Shown: one piece after another, positions 31,136-41,523 of the stretch | How the letters are laid out: the number at the start of each line of letters is the position of its first letter | Numbering within the stretch: position 1 is the first letter of the stretch | Program-made: the position numbers and the translations under genes | Notes under the pieces: generated by a model | Told to the model about the DNA's origin: nothing | The model's database searches: none | What the model saw: the letters and a program-made list of their open reading frames with translations, nothing else | Origin: Bacteroidota bacterium | GTDB lineage: Bacteria > Bacteroidota > Bacteroidia > Chitinophagales > Chitinophagaceae | Direction: 5' to 3' | NCBI GenBank assembly: GCA_037127755.1 | Contig: JBAXXT010000004.1 | Span: 20,179-84,178, forward strand | DNA length: 64,000 bases

Positions 31136-32701
31136 TTATCTCGCTACGTTTACCGCTCTTTTTTCTCTAATAACTGTTACTTTGATCTGACCAGGATAGG
31201 TCATCTCTGTCTGAATTTTTTGTGCTATTTCGAAGCTAAGCTTATCGCTATCGCCATCCGTAACTTTCTCAGCCTCAACGATTACCCTTAGTTCTCTACC
31301 AGCTTGAATCGCATATGCTTTTTCAACGCCCTGATAAGCCATCGCTAGGTTTTCAAGGTCTTTGATCCGCTGCAAATATTGCTGCATGATTTCTCTTCTA
31401 GCACCAGGACGAGCACCACTAATGGCATCACAAGCCTGAATGATCGGAGAAATCACGTATTGCATTTCCATTTCATCGTGGTGGGCTCCAATAGCGTTAA
31501 CCACGGCTGGGTTCTCGCCGTATTTCTCGGCTAGTTTGGCACCTAATAATGCGTGACTCAATTCTGTTTCCTCATCTGGTACTTTACCAATATCATGCAG
31601 TAAGCCAGCGCGTTTTGCCAATTTAGGGTTCATCCCTAGTTCAGCAGCCATGATGCCACATAAATTAGCTGTTTCGCGACTATGCATCAATAAATTCTGA
31701 CCATAAGAAGAACGGAAACGCATTTTACCTACAATTCTTACTAATTCCTTATGTAATCCATGGATACCCATTTCAATTACGGTTCTCTCACCAATCTCCA
31801 TTACCTGCTCTTCTAATTGGCGACGTGTTTTTTCAACTACTTCCTCAATACGAGCTGGATGAATTCTACCATCAGCCACCAAGCGCTGCAAGCTTAAGCG
31901 TGCAATCTCTCTACGCAATGGATCAAAAGATGATAAGATAATAGCTTCAGGAGTGTCGTCTACAATCAGATCAACACCAGTAGCTGCTTCAATAGCACGG
32001 ATATTTCTACCCTCTCTACCAATAATCTGACCCTTTATTTCGTCAGTTTCCAGATTAAATACGGTGACAGTATTTTCAATGGTAACTTCAGCAGCTGTGC
32101 GTTGAATGGACTGAATAACAATCTTTCGAGCTTCTTTATTTGCTTTCAGTTTAGCCTCTTCAATGATTTCTTGCTGAAGTCCTAAAGCCTGAGAATGTGC
32201 TTCTTGTTTCAAGCTTTCAATTAACTGAGTCTTAGCTTCCTCAGCACTTAAGCCAGCAATTTTTTCAAGACGACGAATATGCTCTTCCTGGTGCTTTTCA
32301 AGTTCAGTACGCTTTAAATTCACCAATTCAATCTGACGGTTCAGATTTTCTTTTATGGCTTCGTTTTCTTTCGATTGTTTGTCTAAACCAGCTTCTTTCT
32401 GGTTGATGGAAATCTCTTTTTGCTTAATTCTATTTTCCGCCTCGCCCAATTTGCGATTGCGCTCCATCACATCTTTATCGTGTTCTGACTTTAATTGTAC
32501 AAAACGCTCTTTTGCCTCTAACTGCTTTTCCTTTTTAACGGTTTCAGCTCTTAATTCGGCTTCTTTTAAAATAGTTTGCGCCTGATGTTCGGCGTCTTCG
32601 ATCTGCTTTTTTGTGTTCTTGGCGAATAAATACTTACCCGCTAGAGCCCCAACAATTAGTGAAATGGCACCAATTATAATAGAAACAACATTTTGATCCA
32701 T
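31136..32701 (-). CDS. rny: Ribonuclease Y
   Basis: N-terminal TM, coiled coil, KH ([12 protein letters not shown]) and HD (LLHDIGK) domains. Confidence 0.98.
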   Translation of the reverse strand: MDQNVVSIIIGAISLIVGALAGKYLFAKNTKKQIEDAEHQAQTILKEAELRAETVKKEKQLEAKERFVQLKSEHDKDVMERNRKLGEAENRIKQKEISINQKEAGLDKQSKENEAIKENLNRQIELVNLKRTELEKHQEEHIRRLEKIAGLSAEEAKTQLIESLKQEAHSQALGLQQEIIEEAKLKANKEARKIVIQSIQRTAAEVTIENTVTVFNLETDEIKGQIIGREGRNIRAIEAATGVDLIVDDTPEAIILSSFDPLRREIARLSLQRLVADGRIHPARIEEVVEKTRRQLEEQVMEIGERTVIEMGIHGLHKELVRIVGKMRFRSSYGQNLLMHSRETANLCGIMAAELGMNPKLAKRAGLLHDIGKVPDEETELSHALLGAKLAEKYGENPAVVNAIGAHHDEMEMQYVISPIIQACDAISGARPGARREIMQQYLQRIKDLENLAMAYQGVEKAYAIQAGRELRVIVEAEKVTDGDSDKLSFEIAQKIQTEMTYPGQIKVTVIREKRAVNVAR

Positions 32702-32783
32702 GGTTTTGGCAATTTTTATAATAATTCAAAATCCTATACACTCGTACACATCTAATTTTAACCTAATAAGTATACGTAATAGG

Positions 32784-32791
32784 CGAAGATA
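32784..32791 (-). promoter_or_regulatory. -7-like element upstream of rny
   Basis: TATCTTCG in the zapA-rny gap. Confidence 0.45.
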
Positions 32792-32831
32792 CTTAAATAA
32801 ATTAAGCGAAAAGATTTGGTTCCATCCTTAC

Positions 32832-33131
32832 TTAGTTGTTTTCCAGTAAAGCTTTGTCGATGGATTTTTCTAGCGTGTTGATTTGCTGGGCTAATTCGCC
32901 CCATTTTACGAGAAGGTTGCCAGATTGAGTTTGTTCTGTAGCAAACCAAAGTAAGGCCATAGAAACATAGTCTTGCATGTCTTTTCCGGCAAAATTGTTT
33001 TTGAACTCAGAGATTTTGTCATTAATAAGGCTGGCCGTTTTTCGAACCATTTCCTCATCTGCCGGCTCAATTTTAAGGCGGTAGGTCCGGTCGGCAATCA
33101 CAATATTTACGGGTATGAGTTCTTCCATCAT
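32832..33131 (-). CDS. zapA: Cell division protein ZapA
   Basis: VNIVIADRTYRL...EEMVRKTA..IN...QDYVSMALL; pheT-zapA-rny context. Confidence 0.9.
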   Translation of the reverse strand: MMEELIPVNIVIADRTYRLKIEPADEEMVRKTASLINDKISEFKNNFAGKDMQDYVSMALLWFATEQTQSGNLLVKWGELAQQINTLEKSIDKALLENN

Positions 33132-33132
33132 A

Positions 33133-33420
33133 TCAGGCGTTCAGTAACAAAAGGCATTTTTCGATCTCTTTTAAATAACCATCAATCCTTTTCTCCATTA
33201 ATATTTTATCGGCAGGATTCCATTGGGAACCACCAATTTTTACAGACTCCAACTGATGAATCATTCCTGACAAATCAGATTCTTTTTGCAAATTTTCTGT
33301 CTGCAACTTGTCCAGATCCTTTTTTAATTTCTGGTTCTCCTTCTGCAAAAGCTGTTGCTGCTTCAACAATATTTGCAGCTTTTCCTGAATAGATTTTATT
33401 TGTACAGAAATTTCTTCCAT
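33133..33420 (-). CDS. Coiled-coil protein (ZapB-like)
   Basis: Heptad-rich sequence ending RIDGYLKEIEKCLLLL; immediately upstream of zapA. Confidence 0.7.
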   Translation of the reverse strand: MEEISVQIKSIQEKLQILLKQQQLLQKENQKLKKDLDKLQTENLQKESDLSGMIHQLESVKIGGSQWNPADKILMEKRIDGYLKEIEKCLLLLNA

Positions 33421-33474
33421 CTACTAAAATTAATCTTTCTCTAAAATAAGGTATTTAATAGTTTTGATGAACCT

Positions 33475-35883
33475 CTATTTTCTTATTTCTGCGCCCAATT
33501 CCTTTTCAAATTGACGAATCAGTTTTCCAACCATCTCATCCACTTCCTTGTCGGTAAGGGTTTTTTCATCATCCTCAAAAGTAAAACTCACCGCCATCGA
33601 TTTTTTATCGGCTCCTAATTTATCACTTTCAAACACATCGAATAATCGTACCTGTTTCAATTTCGATATTTGTGTTTTGCGAACTTGCTGATCAATTGCG
33701 TCAAAGCTTATTATTCTATCAACAACTAGTGCTAAGTCGCGCTGCATTGCAGGAAACTTGTTTACTTCTTTATATACAATCTTACTTTGTTCTACCAAAT
33801 TTAAGAGTGATCCAAAATTGATATCCACAAAATAAACGGCTTGTTTAATATCGAATTCTAATAACTGTTTATTGGATACGGTAACTATGCTGCCCAATTC
33901 CTTTTTACCCGCTTTGATCAAAATAGTATCTTCCAACAAACTGAGTTGCAATCCACCAATCCCTGCCAATTGCATAATGGCTGCCACTATTCCCTTTGCC
34001 TTATAAACATCAAAGCTTCTGCTTTTCTGATGCCAGCTTTCTTCATGATCCATTCCAGTAAAATATAAAGCCAAATGCTCTGCTTCACTATATTCGCCAG
34101 GGCCATTACTAGCATATGTTTTACCAAATTCAAAACACTGAAGATTGTTGTTTTTTCTGTTTAGATTATAAGCGATAGTTTCTAATCCTGTTTCCAACAT
34201 GGATGGCCTTAAAATATCTAAATCAGCGCTCAGGTTATTGATCATTTTAACGGACCTGCTCAATACGTCTTCACCAAAATATTTGCTATTTGTAATACTA
34301 TTGGTAAGGATTTCAATGAAACCTTGCCCAACTAAATAATTGGCAATTTTATCTTTCAGGTTCTCTTTTAGTGCAGACAAATCAGTGGCTGGACTTATAG
34401 AAATAGTAGAAGGGATTTCAATATTATCCAAACCATCTATCCGAATGATTTCTTCCACAATATCACAGGGTAAACTTATATCCGGTTTGCTTCTTGGAAC
34501 AGCAACACGCAATTCATCCATTCCCTCTTTCAAAATTTCAAACCCAAGCGCTGTTAAAATTCTATTTACTTTATCAGCATGATAATTTTTGCCACTGAGT
34601 TTTTTGAGATAGTGGTGTTTTAATGAAATTTCAGTTTTTGGCTGAGGGGAAGGATATACATCTACAATGTCACTTGAAATTTCACCACCAGCCAATTCTT
34701 TGATCATCAGTGCAGCTCTTTTTAATACATTAACCGTATTATCAATATCCACACCCTTTTCAAAACGAGTAGCGGCATCTGTTCTTAATCCATGAAACAC
34801 AGAACTAATACGAATACTAGAAGGATTGAACCAGGCACTTTCTAAAAAAATATTTTTGGTTGAAGCTGATACTCCACTCTCTTTCCCACCATATACGCCA
34901 GCAATACACATGCCTTCCTCCGCATTGCAAATCATCAAATCTTTACTACTCAATTTTCTTTCTTTGCCATCCAGTGTAGTAAAAACAGTTCCCTCAACTT
35001 CATTTTTAACTATAATATGTGCCCCTTTTATTGCATCAGCATCAAAAGCATGCAAAGGCTGTCCAGTTTCATGCAAAATAAAATTGGTGATGTCTACGAT
35101 ATTATTAATGGGTCTTAATCCAATTGCAAGTAATCTATTCTTTAACGATTGAGGAGATTCTTTTACTTCAACAGCACTAATACTAATACCAGCATATCTG
35201 GGACATGCTTCTGAATTTTCAACAGTAACTTTTATTGGCAGGTTAGTATTATCAACTTTAAATCCATTGCTGAAAGGTGTTTTAACTCTCACCTCTTTTT
35301 GATGGTGCGTTAAGTAAGCACATACGTCTCTTGCCACACCAAAGTGACTCATGGCATCCATCCTGTTTGGAGTTAATCCGATTTCATAAATCCAATCACT
35401 ATAAGGCTGAAAATAAGTAGCTGCAGGGGTTCCAGGATTCAAGCTCTCTGGAAGAAGTAGAATTCCATCATGACTAGTGCCCATTCCTATTTCATCTTCG
35501 GCACAGATCATACCATAACTTTCAACACCTCGAATCTTCGCAATTTTCATTGTTAAAGGCTCCCCGCTTGATGGATAAATAGTAGTTCCCAAAGTAGCAA
35601 CCACTACTTTTTGCCCTACAGCCACATTAGAAGCGCCGCATACAATTTGTAAAGATTCCTCTTTGCCAATATTTACTTTTGTAACTTTTAATTTATCTGC
35701 ATTGGGATGTTGCTCACACGCTAGTACTTCCCCAATTACCAACCCTTCTAATCCGCCTTTGATAGACTGGAATCTTTCTAAACTCTCTACTTCTAATCCA
35801 ATCGATGTAAGTATCCTTGATAATTTTTCAGGATCTAAGGTTTCAGGTAGGTACTCACTCAGCCAGTTGTAACTAATGGTCAT
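33475..35883 (-). CDS. pheT: Phenylalanine-tRNA ligase beta subunit
   Basis: ISYNWL, HPNADKL, IGLTPNRMDAMSH, RFEKGVD and C-terminal FDX-ACB domain. Confidence 0.98.
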   Translation of the reverse strand: MTISYNWLSEYLPETLDPEKLSRILTSIGLEVESLERFQSIKGGLEGLVIGEVLACEQHPNADKLKVTKVNIGKEESLQIVCGASNVAVGQKVVVATLGTTIYPSSGEPLTMKIAKIRGVESYGMICAEDEIGMGTSHDGILLLPESLNPGTPAATYFQPYSDWIYEIGLTPNRMDAMSHFGVARDVCAYLTHHQKEVRVKTPFSNGFKVDNTNLPIKVTVENSEACPRYAGISISAVEVKESPQSLKNRLLAIGLRPINNIVDITNFILHETGQPLHAFDADAIKGAHIIVKNEVEGTVFTTLDGKERKLSSKDLMICNAEEGMCIAGVYGGKESGVSASTKNIFLESAWFNPSSIRISSVFHGLRTDAATRFEKGVDIDNTVNVLKRAALMIKELAGGEISSDIVDVYPSPQPKTEISLKHHYLKKLSGKNYHADKVNRILTALGFEILKEGMDELRVAVPRSKPDISLPCDIVEEIIRIDGLDNIEIPSTISISPATDLSALKENLKDKIANYLVGQGFIEILTNSITNSKYFGEDVLSRSVKMINNLSADLDILRPSMLETGLETIAYNLNRKNNNLQCFEFGKTYASNGPGEYSEAEHLALYFTGMDHEESWHQKSRSFDVYKAKGIVAAIMQLAGIGGLQLSLLEDTILIKAGKKELGSIVTVSNKQLLEFDIKQAVYFVDINFGSLLNLVEQSKIVYKEVNKFPAMQRDLALVVDRIISFDAIDQQVRKTQISKLKQVRLFDVFESDKLGADKKSMAVSFTFEDDEKTLTDKEVDEMVGKLIRQFEKELGAEIRK

Positions 35884-36061
35884 AATATCAATCTCTTTTC
35901 GAGGTTCAAAAATAAGTGATAAAAATGGGATATAGGGTCTAAGTTGACTTTAGCCTGCTATTACAGTACAATCAAAGCCCCTTATACTATAAATAAATTA
36001 AAAGAATCCCTTTTCATTTACATTTAATTTTGAAGAATCAGTACAATTATTTCAGAATTCT

Positions 36062-36191
36062 TTCTGCACAAGGACTTGTGCAAAATGGCTAGATTTGGGC
36101 GGAAAACTTTTGAAATTAGTGGATAACTCTTATTTTTTCTGTGGATAGTTACTATTTTTATGTGAATGAAGGTGGAATAACCTGTGGACGA
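36062..36191. promoter_or_regulatory. Cluster of DnaA-box-like nonamers
   Basis: TTCTGCACA 36062, TGTGCAAAA 36077, AGTGGATAA 36118, TGTGGATAG 36140, TGTGAATGA 36161, TGTGGACGA 36183 against consensus TTWTNCACA. Confidence 0.6.
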
Positions 36192-36334
36192 AAATTGATA
36201 CTAAAAAATTTTAACAACCGGAATTCTTGAAGCATATTCGTTCCCCTAACGATAAATCATCGGTCAAGGTTTTCCGGAATTTTAATTTGATCACCCGAAC
36301 AGCTAAGTGTTGACTACTAACCCCTAAGATAACC

Positions 36335-37915
36335 ATGGACCTAACAAGTTTAAACAAAGACCGGAAGAGAAGAAAGACAACAGTTGACATGAGTACCATG
36401 GTTTACGGGAAAGTACCCCCACAAGCAAAAGAGCTAGAAGAAGCCATTCTTGGAGCTATTATGCTTGAAAAAAGCGCATTTGATACCGTTTCGGAAATTC
36501 TGAAACCCGAATGTTTTTATGTGGAATCGCATAAAACAATCTACCATGCCATGCAGGCATTACAACAAAAGAACGATCCAATTGACCTTTTAACTGTTGT
36601 TGAAGAATTAAAATTTCAGGAACAATTAGATGCTGTTGGTGGCCCTTATTATGTTACTAAATTAACGAACTCAGTAGTATCCACTGCCAATATTGATGCG
36701 CACTGTAGAATAGTTTTACAGAAATTTATTCAGCGCGAACTGATTCGTATAAGTGGCGAAATCATTGGTGATGCATACGAAGACAGCACCGATGTTTTTG
36801 ATCTTTTAGATGAAGCAGAAACCAAGATGTTCAATATCACTAACAATTACTTGAAAAAGAATTTCGAGGAAATAATTGGTGTACTTGCCAAAACCATGAA
36901 TCGTTTAGACGAGCTTAGAACTAAAACAGAAGAGATTTCTGGTGTACCAAGTGGTTTTGGGTCATTAGATCGGGTTACATATGGTTGGCAGCCAACCGAC
37001 TTAATTATTCTTGCAGCACGTCCATCAGTTGGTAAAACTGCATTTGCCCTTAACCTTGCTCGTAATGCAGCTTTGCATCCTACAAAGCCCGTTGCAGTTG
37101 GTTTCTTTTCATTAGAGATGAGTGCATCGCAGTTAGTACAACGTATTTTAAGTGCGGAGAGCGAAATTAAAATGGAAAAGATTAGTCGTGGCAAATTGGA
37201 AGACCACGAATACCAACAATTAATATCAAAAGGTCTCAATAGGCTTGAACGTGCTCCTATCTATATTGATGATACTGCAGCACTAAACATTTTTGAATTT
37301 AGAGCAAAAGCCAGAAGGCTTGTACACAAACATAAAGTGGGCATTATTATTATTGACTACTTACAACTAATGAGTGGAACCAATGATAAGGGCGGGAACC
37401 GTGAACAAGAAATTAGTAATATCTCCAGAAATCTTAAAGCACTTGCTAAAGAATTAGGAGTTCCTATCATTGCATTGAGTCAGTTAAGTCGTGCTGTTGA
37501 AACCAGAAAAGAAAGCAAGATGCCTCAATTAAGTGACTTGAGAGAATCGGGTGCCATTGAGCAGGATGCGGATATGGTGATGTTCATTTATCGTCCAGAA
37601 TATTACGAAGTAAAGAGTAATGAGATGGGCGAAAGTACCAGCGGAGAAACCCATATCAGAATTGCTAAACATCGTAACGGTCAATTAGATACCATTAAGC
37701 TGAGAGCCAACTTAGCCATTCAACGTTTTGAAGAATGGGAAGGTGATGGTGGTAGTATTGAAGGACTAGGCAATAACTGGAAACCAATTGCACCAATAAT
37801 ACCTACCCCATCTGCTGGTGGGGCTGGCGAAGGAGCTAAATTTTATTTGCAGAAGGGAAGTAAAATGAATGATGTTGATTTCGATCAGGGTTATGAAACA
37901 GAACAACCTTTCTAA
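36335..37915 (+). CDS. dnaB: Replicative DNA helicase
   Basis: PPQAKELEEAILG, AARPSVGKT, IIIDYLQLM, SQLSR and DLRESGAIEQDAD motifs. Confidence 0.98.
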   Translation: MDLTSLNKDRKRRKTTVDMSTMVYGKVPPQAKELEEAILGAIMLEKSAFDTVSEILKPECFYVESHKTIYHAMQALQQKNDPIDLLTVVEELKFQEQLDAVGGPYYVTKLTNSVVSTANIDAHCRIVLQKFIQRELIRISGEIIGDAYEDSTDVFDLLDEAETKMFNITNNYLKKNFEEIIGVLAKTMNRLDELRTKTEEISGVPSGFGSLDRVTYGWQPTDLIILAARPSVGKTAFALNLARNAALHPTKPVAVGFFSLEMSASQLVQRILSAESEIKMEKISRGKLEDHEYQQLISKGLNRLERAPIYIDDTAALNIFEFRAKARRLVHKHKVGIIIIDYLQLMSGTNDKGGNREQEISNISRNLKALAKELGVPIIALSQLSRAVETRKESKMPQLSDLRESGAIEQDADMVMFIYRPEYYEVKSNEMGESTSGETHIRIAKHRNGQLDTIKLRANLAIQRFEEWEGDGGSIEGLGNNWKPIAPIIPTPSAGGAGEGAKFYLQKGSKMNDVDFDQGYETEQPF

Positions 37916-37931
37916 ATAATATTTCTTATCT

Positions 37932-37960
37932 AGCGCCGGTTCAATTACCGGCGCTTTATT
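37932..37960 (+). terminator. Terminator after dnaB
   Basis: AGCGCCGGT-TCAATT-ACCGGCGCT followed by TTATT. Confidence 0.75.
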
Positions 37961-37973
37961 TATTTTTGCAGGA

Positions 37974-38675
37974 ATGAGTATACCATTCTTTTACGAACCT
38001 TCTATTCAAGAATCTAACCAGCCTTATGTTTTAAGTGAAAGCACCAGCAAACACTGTGTGCAGGTTTTACGCATGAAAGAAAATGCACCGATTCATTTAA
38101 CAGATGGGAAGGGAAATTTATTCAAAGCAAAAATCATAAGTGCAGATAAACATAAATCTGTAGCAATTATTGAACATACTATTTATACAGAAGCTAATCC
38201 AAATAAAATAAGTATTGGAATTTCTTTATTAAAAAATGCAGACAGATTAGAATGGATGTTCGAAAAAATTACGGAGATAGGTGTTACAGAAATCTTTCCG
38301 CTCATTTGTAAACGAACAGAGCAACAAAGATTCAAAACTGATAGGATGCAACAAATTTTAGTTTCTGCCATGTTGCAAAGCCAACAATGTTGGCTTCCAA
38401 TGCTACACGAACCAATAGCCATTAATAAATTCATCCTTCAATCCAATAATCATCAAAAAATAATTGCTCACTGCGAAGATGCCAATAAAATGGTGATCAC
38501 CGATTTACCTAAATCAACAGATTCATTGATTCTGATAGGGCCAGAAGGTGATTTTACAAATGAAGAAATTTCACTAGCGATGCAGTCTCATTTTGTTCCG
38601 GTAAGTTTAGGCAATACCAGACTCAGAACAGAAACCGCTGGTCTTGTAGCCATAACCATTTTAGCCAATTTTTGA
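37974..38675 (+). CDS. rsmE: 16S rRNA m3U1498 methyltransferase
   Basis: HCVQVLRMK, EKITEIGV, LIGPEGDF and LGNTRLRTETAG motifs; -7 TATTTTTG at 37961-37968. Confidence 0.96.
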   Translation: MSIPFFYEPSIQESNQPYVLSESTSKHCVQVLRMKENAPIHLTDGKGNLFKAKIISADKHKSVAIIEHTIYTEANPNKISIGISLLKNADRLEWMFEKITEIGVTEIFPLICKRTEQQRFKTDRMQQILVSAMLQSQQCWLPMLHEPIAINKFILQSNNHQKIIAHCEDANKMVITDLPKSTDSLILIGPEGDFTNEEISLAMQSHFVPVSLGNTRLRTETAGLVAITILANF

Positions 38676-38708
38676 ATGAACATTTGTTTATTTCAGTATA
38701 TTACATAT

Positions 38709-40310
38709 ATGAAAAAATACTCTACTCTGATTCTTACCTTATTTGTTTTAGGAGTAATAAGTTGCAAAAATTTTAAAAGATCTAAAAGACTTATTGTGCG
38801 GGATACAACTATCACAAAAAGTACTTCTTTCAATAATATTTTTTTTGATAGTGTTCAAGTAGAAGACTTTATAAAAACACATCCTGAATTTAAACCCTAC
38901 GAAGAACAGTTCATAGATTTTTATAAAGAAAGAAATTATCAATATGCATGGTTCGATAATAAAGGTATCGCTGAACAATCTTTTAATTTTTTAAATTTAC
39001 TTAATTCTACAGTTTCAGATTTACAAGATAGTAGTTTGTATAATCCAACATTAACACAATTGTACGATACCGCAATTGCAGATAGTTTACACCAACAACC
39101 TCAAGAAAAAATAATCAATACTGAACTTTCTTTTACCGGGCAATTCTTTGCTTATGCTGCAAAAGTTTATAAGGGCAGTGATATTGATGCCGCAGATTTA
39201 GGTTGGTTTATCCCGAGAAAAAAACTAAATCTGAGTGCACTACTTGATTCAAGTATCAAATCTAAAGCAACAGATATTGAAATCTATGCTAAACAAAATC
39301 CTCAATACAAAAAATTACAGGAGAATTTGGTACGCTATAATGAGATAGAAAAAAATTCAGTTTTTGATAGCATCCCCTACGTTAAAAAACCTTTTAAGAA
39401 GGGCGATAGTTCTCTTACTATTTCTTTGCTCAAAAGAAGGCTTTTTGTATTGGGTGATATTAAAATTGCTGATACTACTCAGCAATTCGACTCATTAACC
39501 ATCATAGCAGTAAAGAAGTATCAAAGAAGAATGGGTTTGAGTATCGATGGGTCAGTGGGAAACAAAATGATTGAAGAATTAAATGTTCCTATCAAATGGC
39601 GAATCAGGCAATTACTTGTAAACATGGAAAGGCTTCGTTGGATGCCTCCAGAAAAAGATAGCAATTACATCCTAGTAAATATTCCTGAATATCGTTTACA
39701 TGTTTTTGATAGTGGCAAAACGGTAATGGATATGAATGTAATTGTAGGTAAATCTGCAAACAGTACGGTTATCTTTACGGGCAATTTGAAGTATATCGTT
39801 TTTAGTCCTTACTGGAATGTTCCAACAAGTATAGTTAAGAAAGAGATTGTTCCATCCATTGAAAAAAACAGCGATTATCTCGAAAAGAATCATATGGAAA
39901 TTACCGGAAAAAGCAATGGCCTTCCACTTGTTCGTCAGATGCCGGGTTCATTTAATTCACTGGGACTAGTGAAATTCTTATTCCCCAATAACTACGACAT
40001 TTATTTGCATGATACTCCTAACCATGATTTGTTTTCTCAATCCAGTAGAAGCTTAAGCCATGGGTGTATTAGAATTAGTGACCCAAAGAAAATGGCTCAG
40101 TACCTTTTAAGATTTGATTCCACTTGGAATAGTAACAATATTGATAGCTCGATGCATTTAACTAAAGAGCGATGGGTAACCCTTAAGAAAACGATTCCAG
40201 TGTTAATAGTATACTTTACAGCCTGGGTTGATAAATCCGGGGAGCTTAATTTTAGAAAAGATATTTATGGCCATGATGAAAAAATGGCAAACAAACTTTT
40301 CACGAAATAA
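38709..40310 (+). CDS. L,D-transpeptidase lipoprotein (YcbB/LdtD-like) with PG-binding domain
   Basis: Lipobox VISC, VNMERLRW, VNIPEY, FSPYWNVP, IYLHDTP and SHGCIR catalytic motif; start moved to ATG 38709. Confidence 0.92.
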   Translation: MKKYSTLILTLFVLGVISCKNFKRSKRLIVRDTTITKSTSFNNIFFDSVQVEDFIKTHPEFKPYEEQFIDFYKERNYQYAWFDNKGIAEQSFNFLNLLNSTVSDLQDSSLYNPTLTQLYDTAIADSLHQQPQEKIINTELSFTGQFFAYAAKVYKGSDIDAADLGWFIPRKKLNLSALLDSSIKSKATDIEIYAKQNPQYKKLQENLVRYNEIEKNSVFDSIPYVKKPFKKGDSSLTISLLKRRLFVLGDIKIADTTQQFDSLTIIAVKKYQRRMGLSIDGSVGNKMIEELNVPIKWRIRQLLVNMERLRWMPPEKDSNYILVNIPEYRLHVFDSGKTVMDMNVIVGKSANSTVIFTGNLKYIVFSPYWNVPTSIVKKEIVPSIEKNSDYLEKNHMEITGKSNGLPLVRQMPGSFNSLGLVKFLFPNNYDIYLHDTPNHDLFSQSSRSLSHGCIRISDPKKMAQYLLRFDSTWNSNNIDSSMHLTKERWVTLKKTIPVLIVYFTAWVDKSGELNFRKDIYGHDEKMANKLFTK

Positions 40311-40350
40311 ATAATTTATCTCACCTGCTATATTTGTAAAAAGTTGGACT

Positions 40351-41523
40351 ATGCATTTGATTGAAGTAAATGATAAAAATACGGTAAGGGAATTTCTAGA
40401 TATTAATGCCAAAATAAACAGTATTAATACTGCTTATATCCGTCCAATTGATAATGAAGTAAACGAGGTTTTCGATCCAGAAAAAAACAAATTATTTAAA
40501 AACGGCGAAGCCAAAAGATGGATTCTACAAAACGATCAATCAGAAACGATAGGAAGGATTGCAGCTTTCATCAGCAGTAAATACATCAATAAAGGCACCG
40601 ATTTTTCTACTGGTGGTTTTGGATTCTTTGACTGCATCAATGATCAGGAAGCCGCAAATACATTATTTAATAAAGCCAGAGAATGGTTATTATCAAAAGG
40701 AGCAGAAGCCATGGATGGACCCATTAATTTTGGTGATCGCGACAAATGGTGGGGCTTATTAGTGGAGGGCTTCGATAATGAGCCCATGTATGGCATGTCT
40801 TTTAACCCATCCTACTATGAATCGCTATTCAATAATTATGGCTTTAAAAATTATTATAACCAGTATTACTACTTCATGAATGTAGATGATACTTTTTCTG
40901 AAAAAATTCTAGAAAGGCATGCTAGAATTAAGGCAAAAACAGATTATTCTGCTAGGCACGCAAAAATAAATCAGATAGAAAAGTATGCGGGTGATTTTAC
41001 AAAAGTATATAATGCGGCATGGGCGCAACATGGCGAAGCAAAAGAAATTACGGAAGAAAATGCTATCAAACTTTTCAAAAAAATGAAACCCATTTTAGAT
41101 GAGCGTACTATATGGTTTGCCTATTATAAAGAAGAGCCCATTGCGATGTTCATTAATATTCCCGATTTAAATCAATACTTCAAACACTTCAATGGCAAAT
41201 TTGGATGGAAAGAAAAGCTTCAAGTGTTGTGGATGAAATGGAGGGGCACGAATAAACAATTAACTGGATTAGCTTTTGGGGTTGTACCAAAATATCAGGC
41301 ATTGGGAATAGATAGTTATATTATTCAAGAATGCGGCTCATTTGCTCAAGGAAAGGGTTGGTATAACCGTTACGAGATGGGTTGGGCCGGGGATTGGAAT
41401 CCAAGAATGTTGAATATTTATAAAAGCCTTGGCGGTTACCAAAGCAGGCGCATGATTACGTTTCGATATCTGTTTGATCAGAATCGCCCATTTGAAAGAC
41501 ACCCTGATATGATTTATAAATAG
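40351..41523 (+). CDS. Tandem-GNAT acyltransferase (YghO / bacterial ceramide synthase-like family)
   Basis: GRIAA, GFGFFD, GP, GLLVEGF, N..YY, YNAAW, PDLN, GVVPKYQ..G and EMGW...N..M motif string. Confidence 0.7.
   Translation: MHLIEVNDKNTVREFLDINAKINSINTAYIRPIDNEVNEVFDPEKNKLFKNGEAKRWILQNDQSETIGRIAAFISSKYINKGTDFSTGGFGFFDCINDQEAANTLFNKAREWLLSKGAEAMDGPINFGDRDKWWGLLVEGFDNEPMYGMSFNPSYYESLFNNYGFKNYYNQYYYFMNVDDTFSEKILERHARIKAKTDYSARHAKINQIEKYAGDFTKVYNAAWAQHGEAKEITEENAIKLFKKMKPILDERTIWFAYYKEEPIAMFINIPDLNQYFKHFNGKFGWKEKLQVLWMKWRGTNKQLTGLAFGVVPKYQALGIDSYIIQECGSFAQGKGWYNRYEMGWAGDWNPRMLNIYKSLGGYQSRRMITFRYLFDQNRPFERHPDMIYK

Noticed and set aside
32702-32831. Possible 6S RNA next to zapA
   Set aside because: The 130-nt AT-rich gap lacks a long self-complementary rod with a central bubble; a promoter-like element explains it
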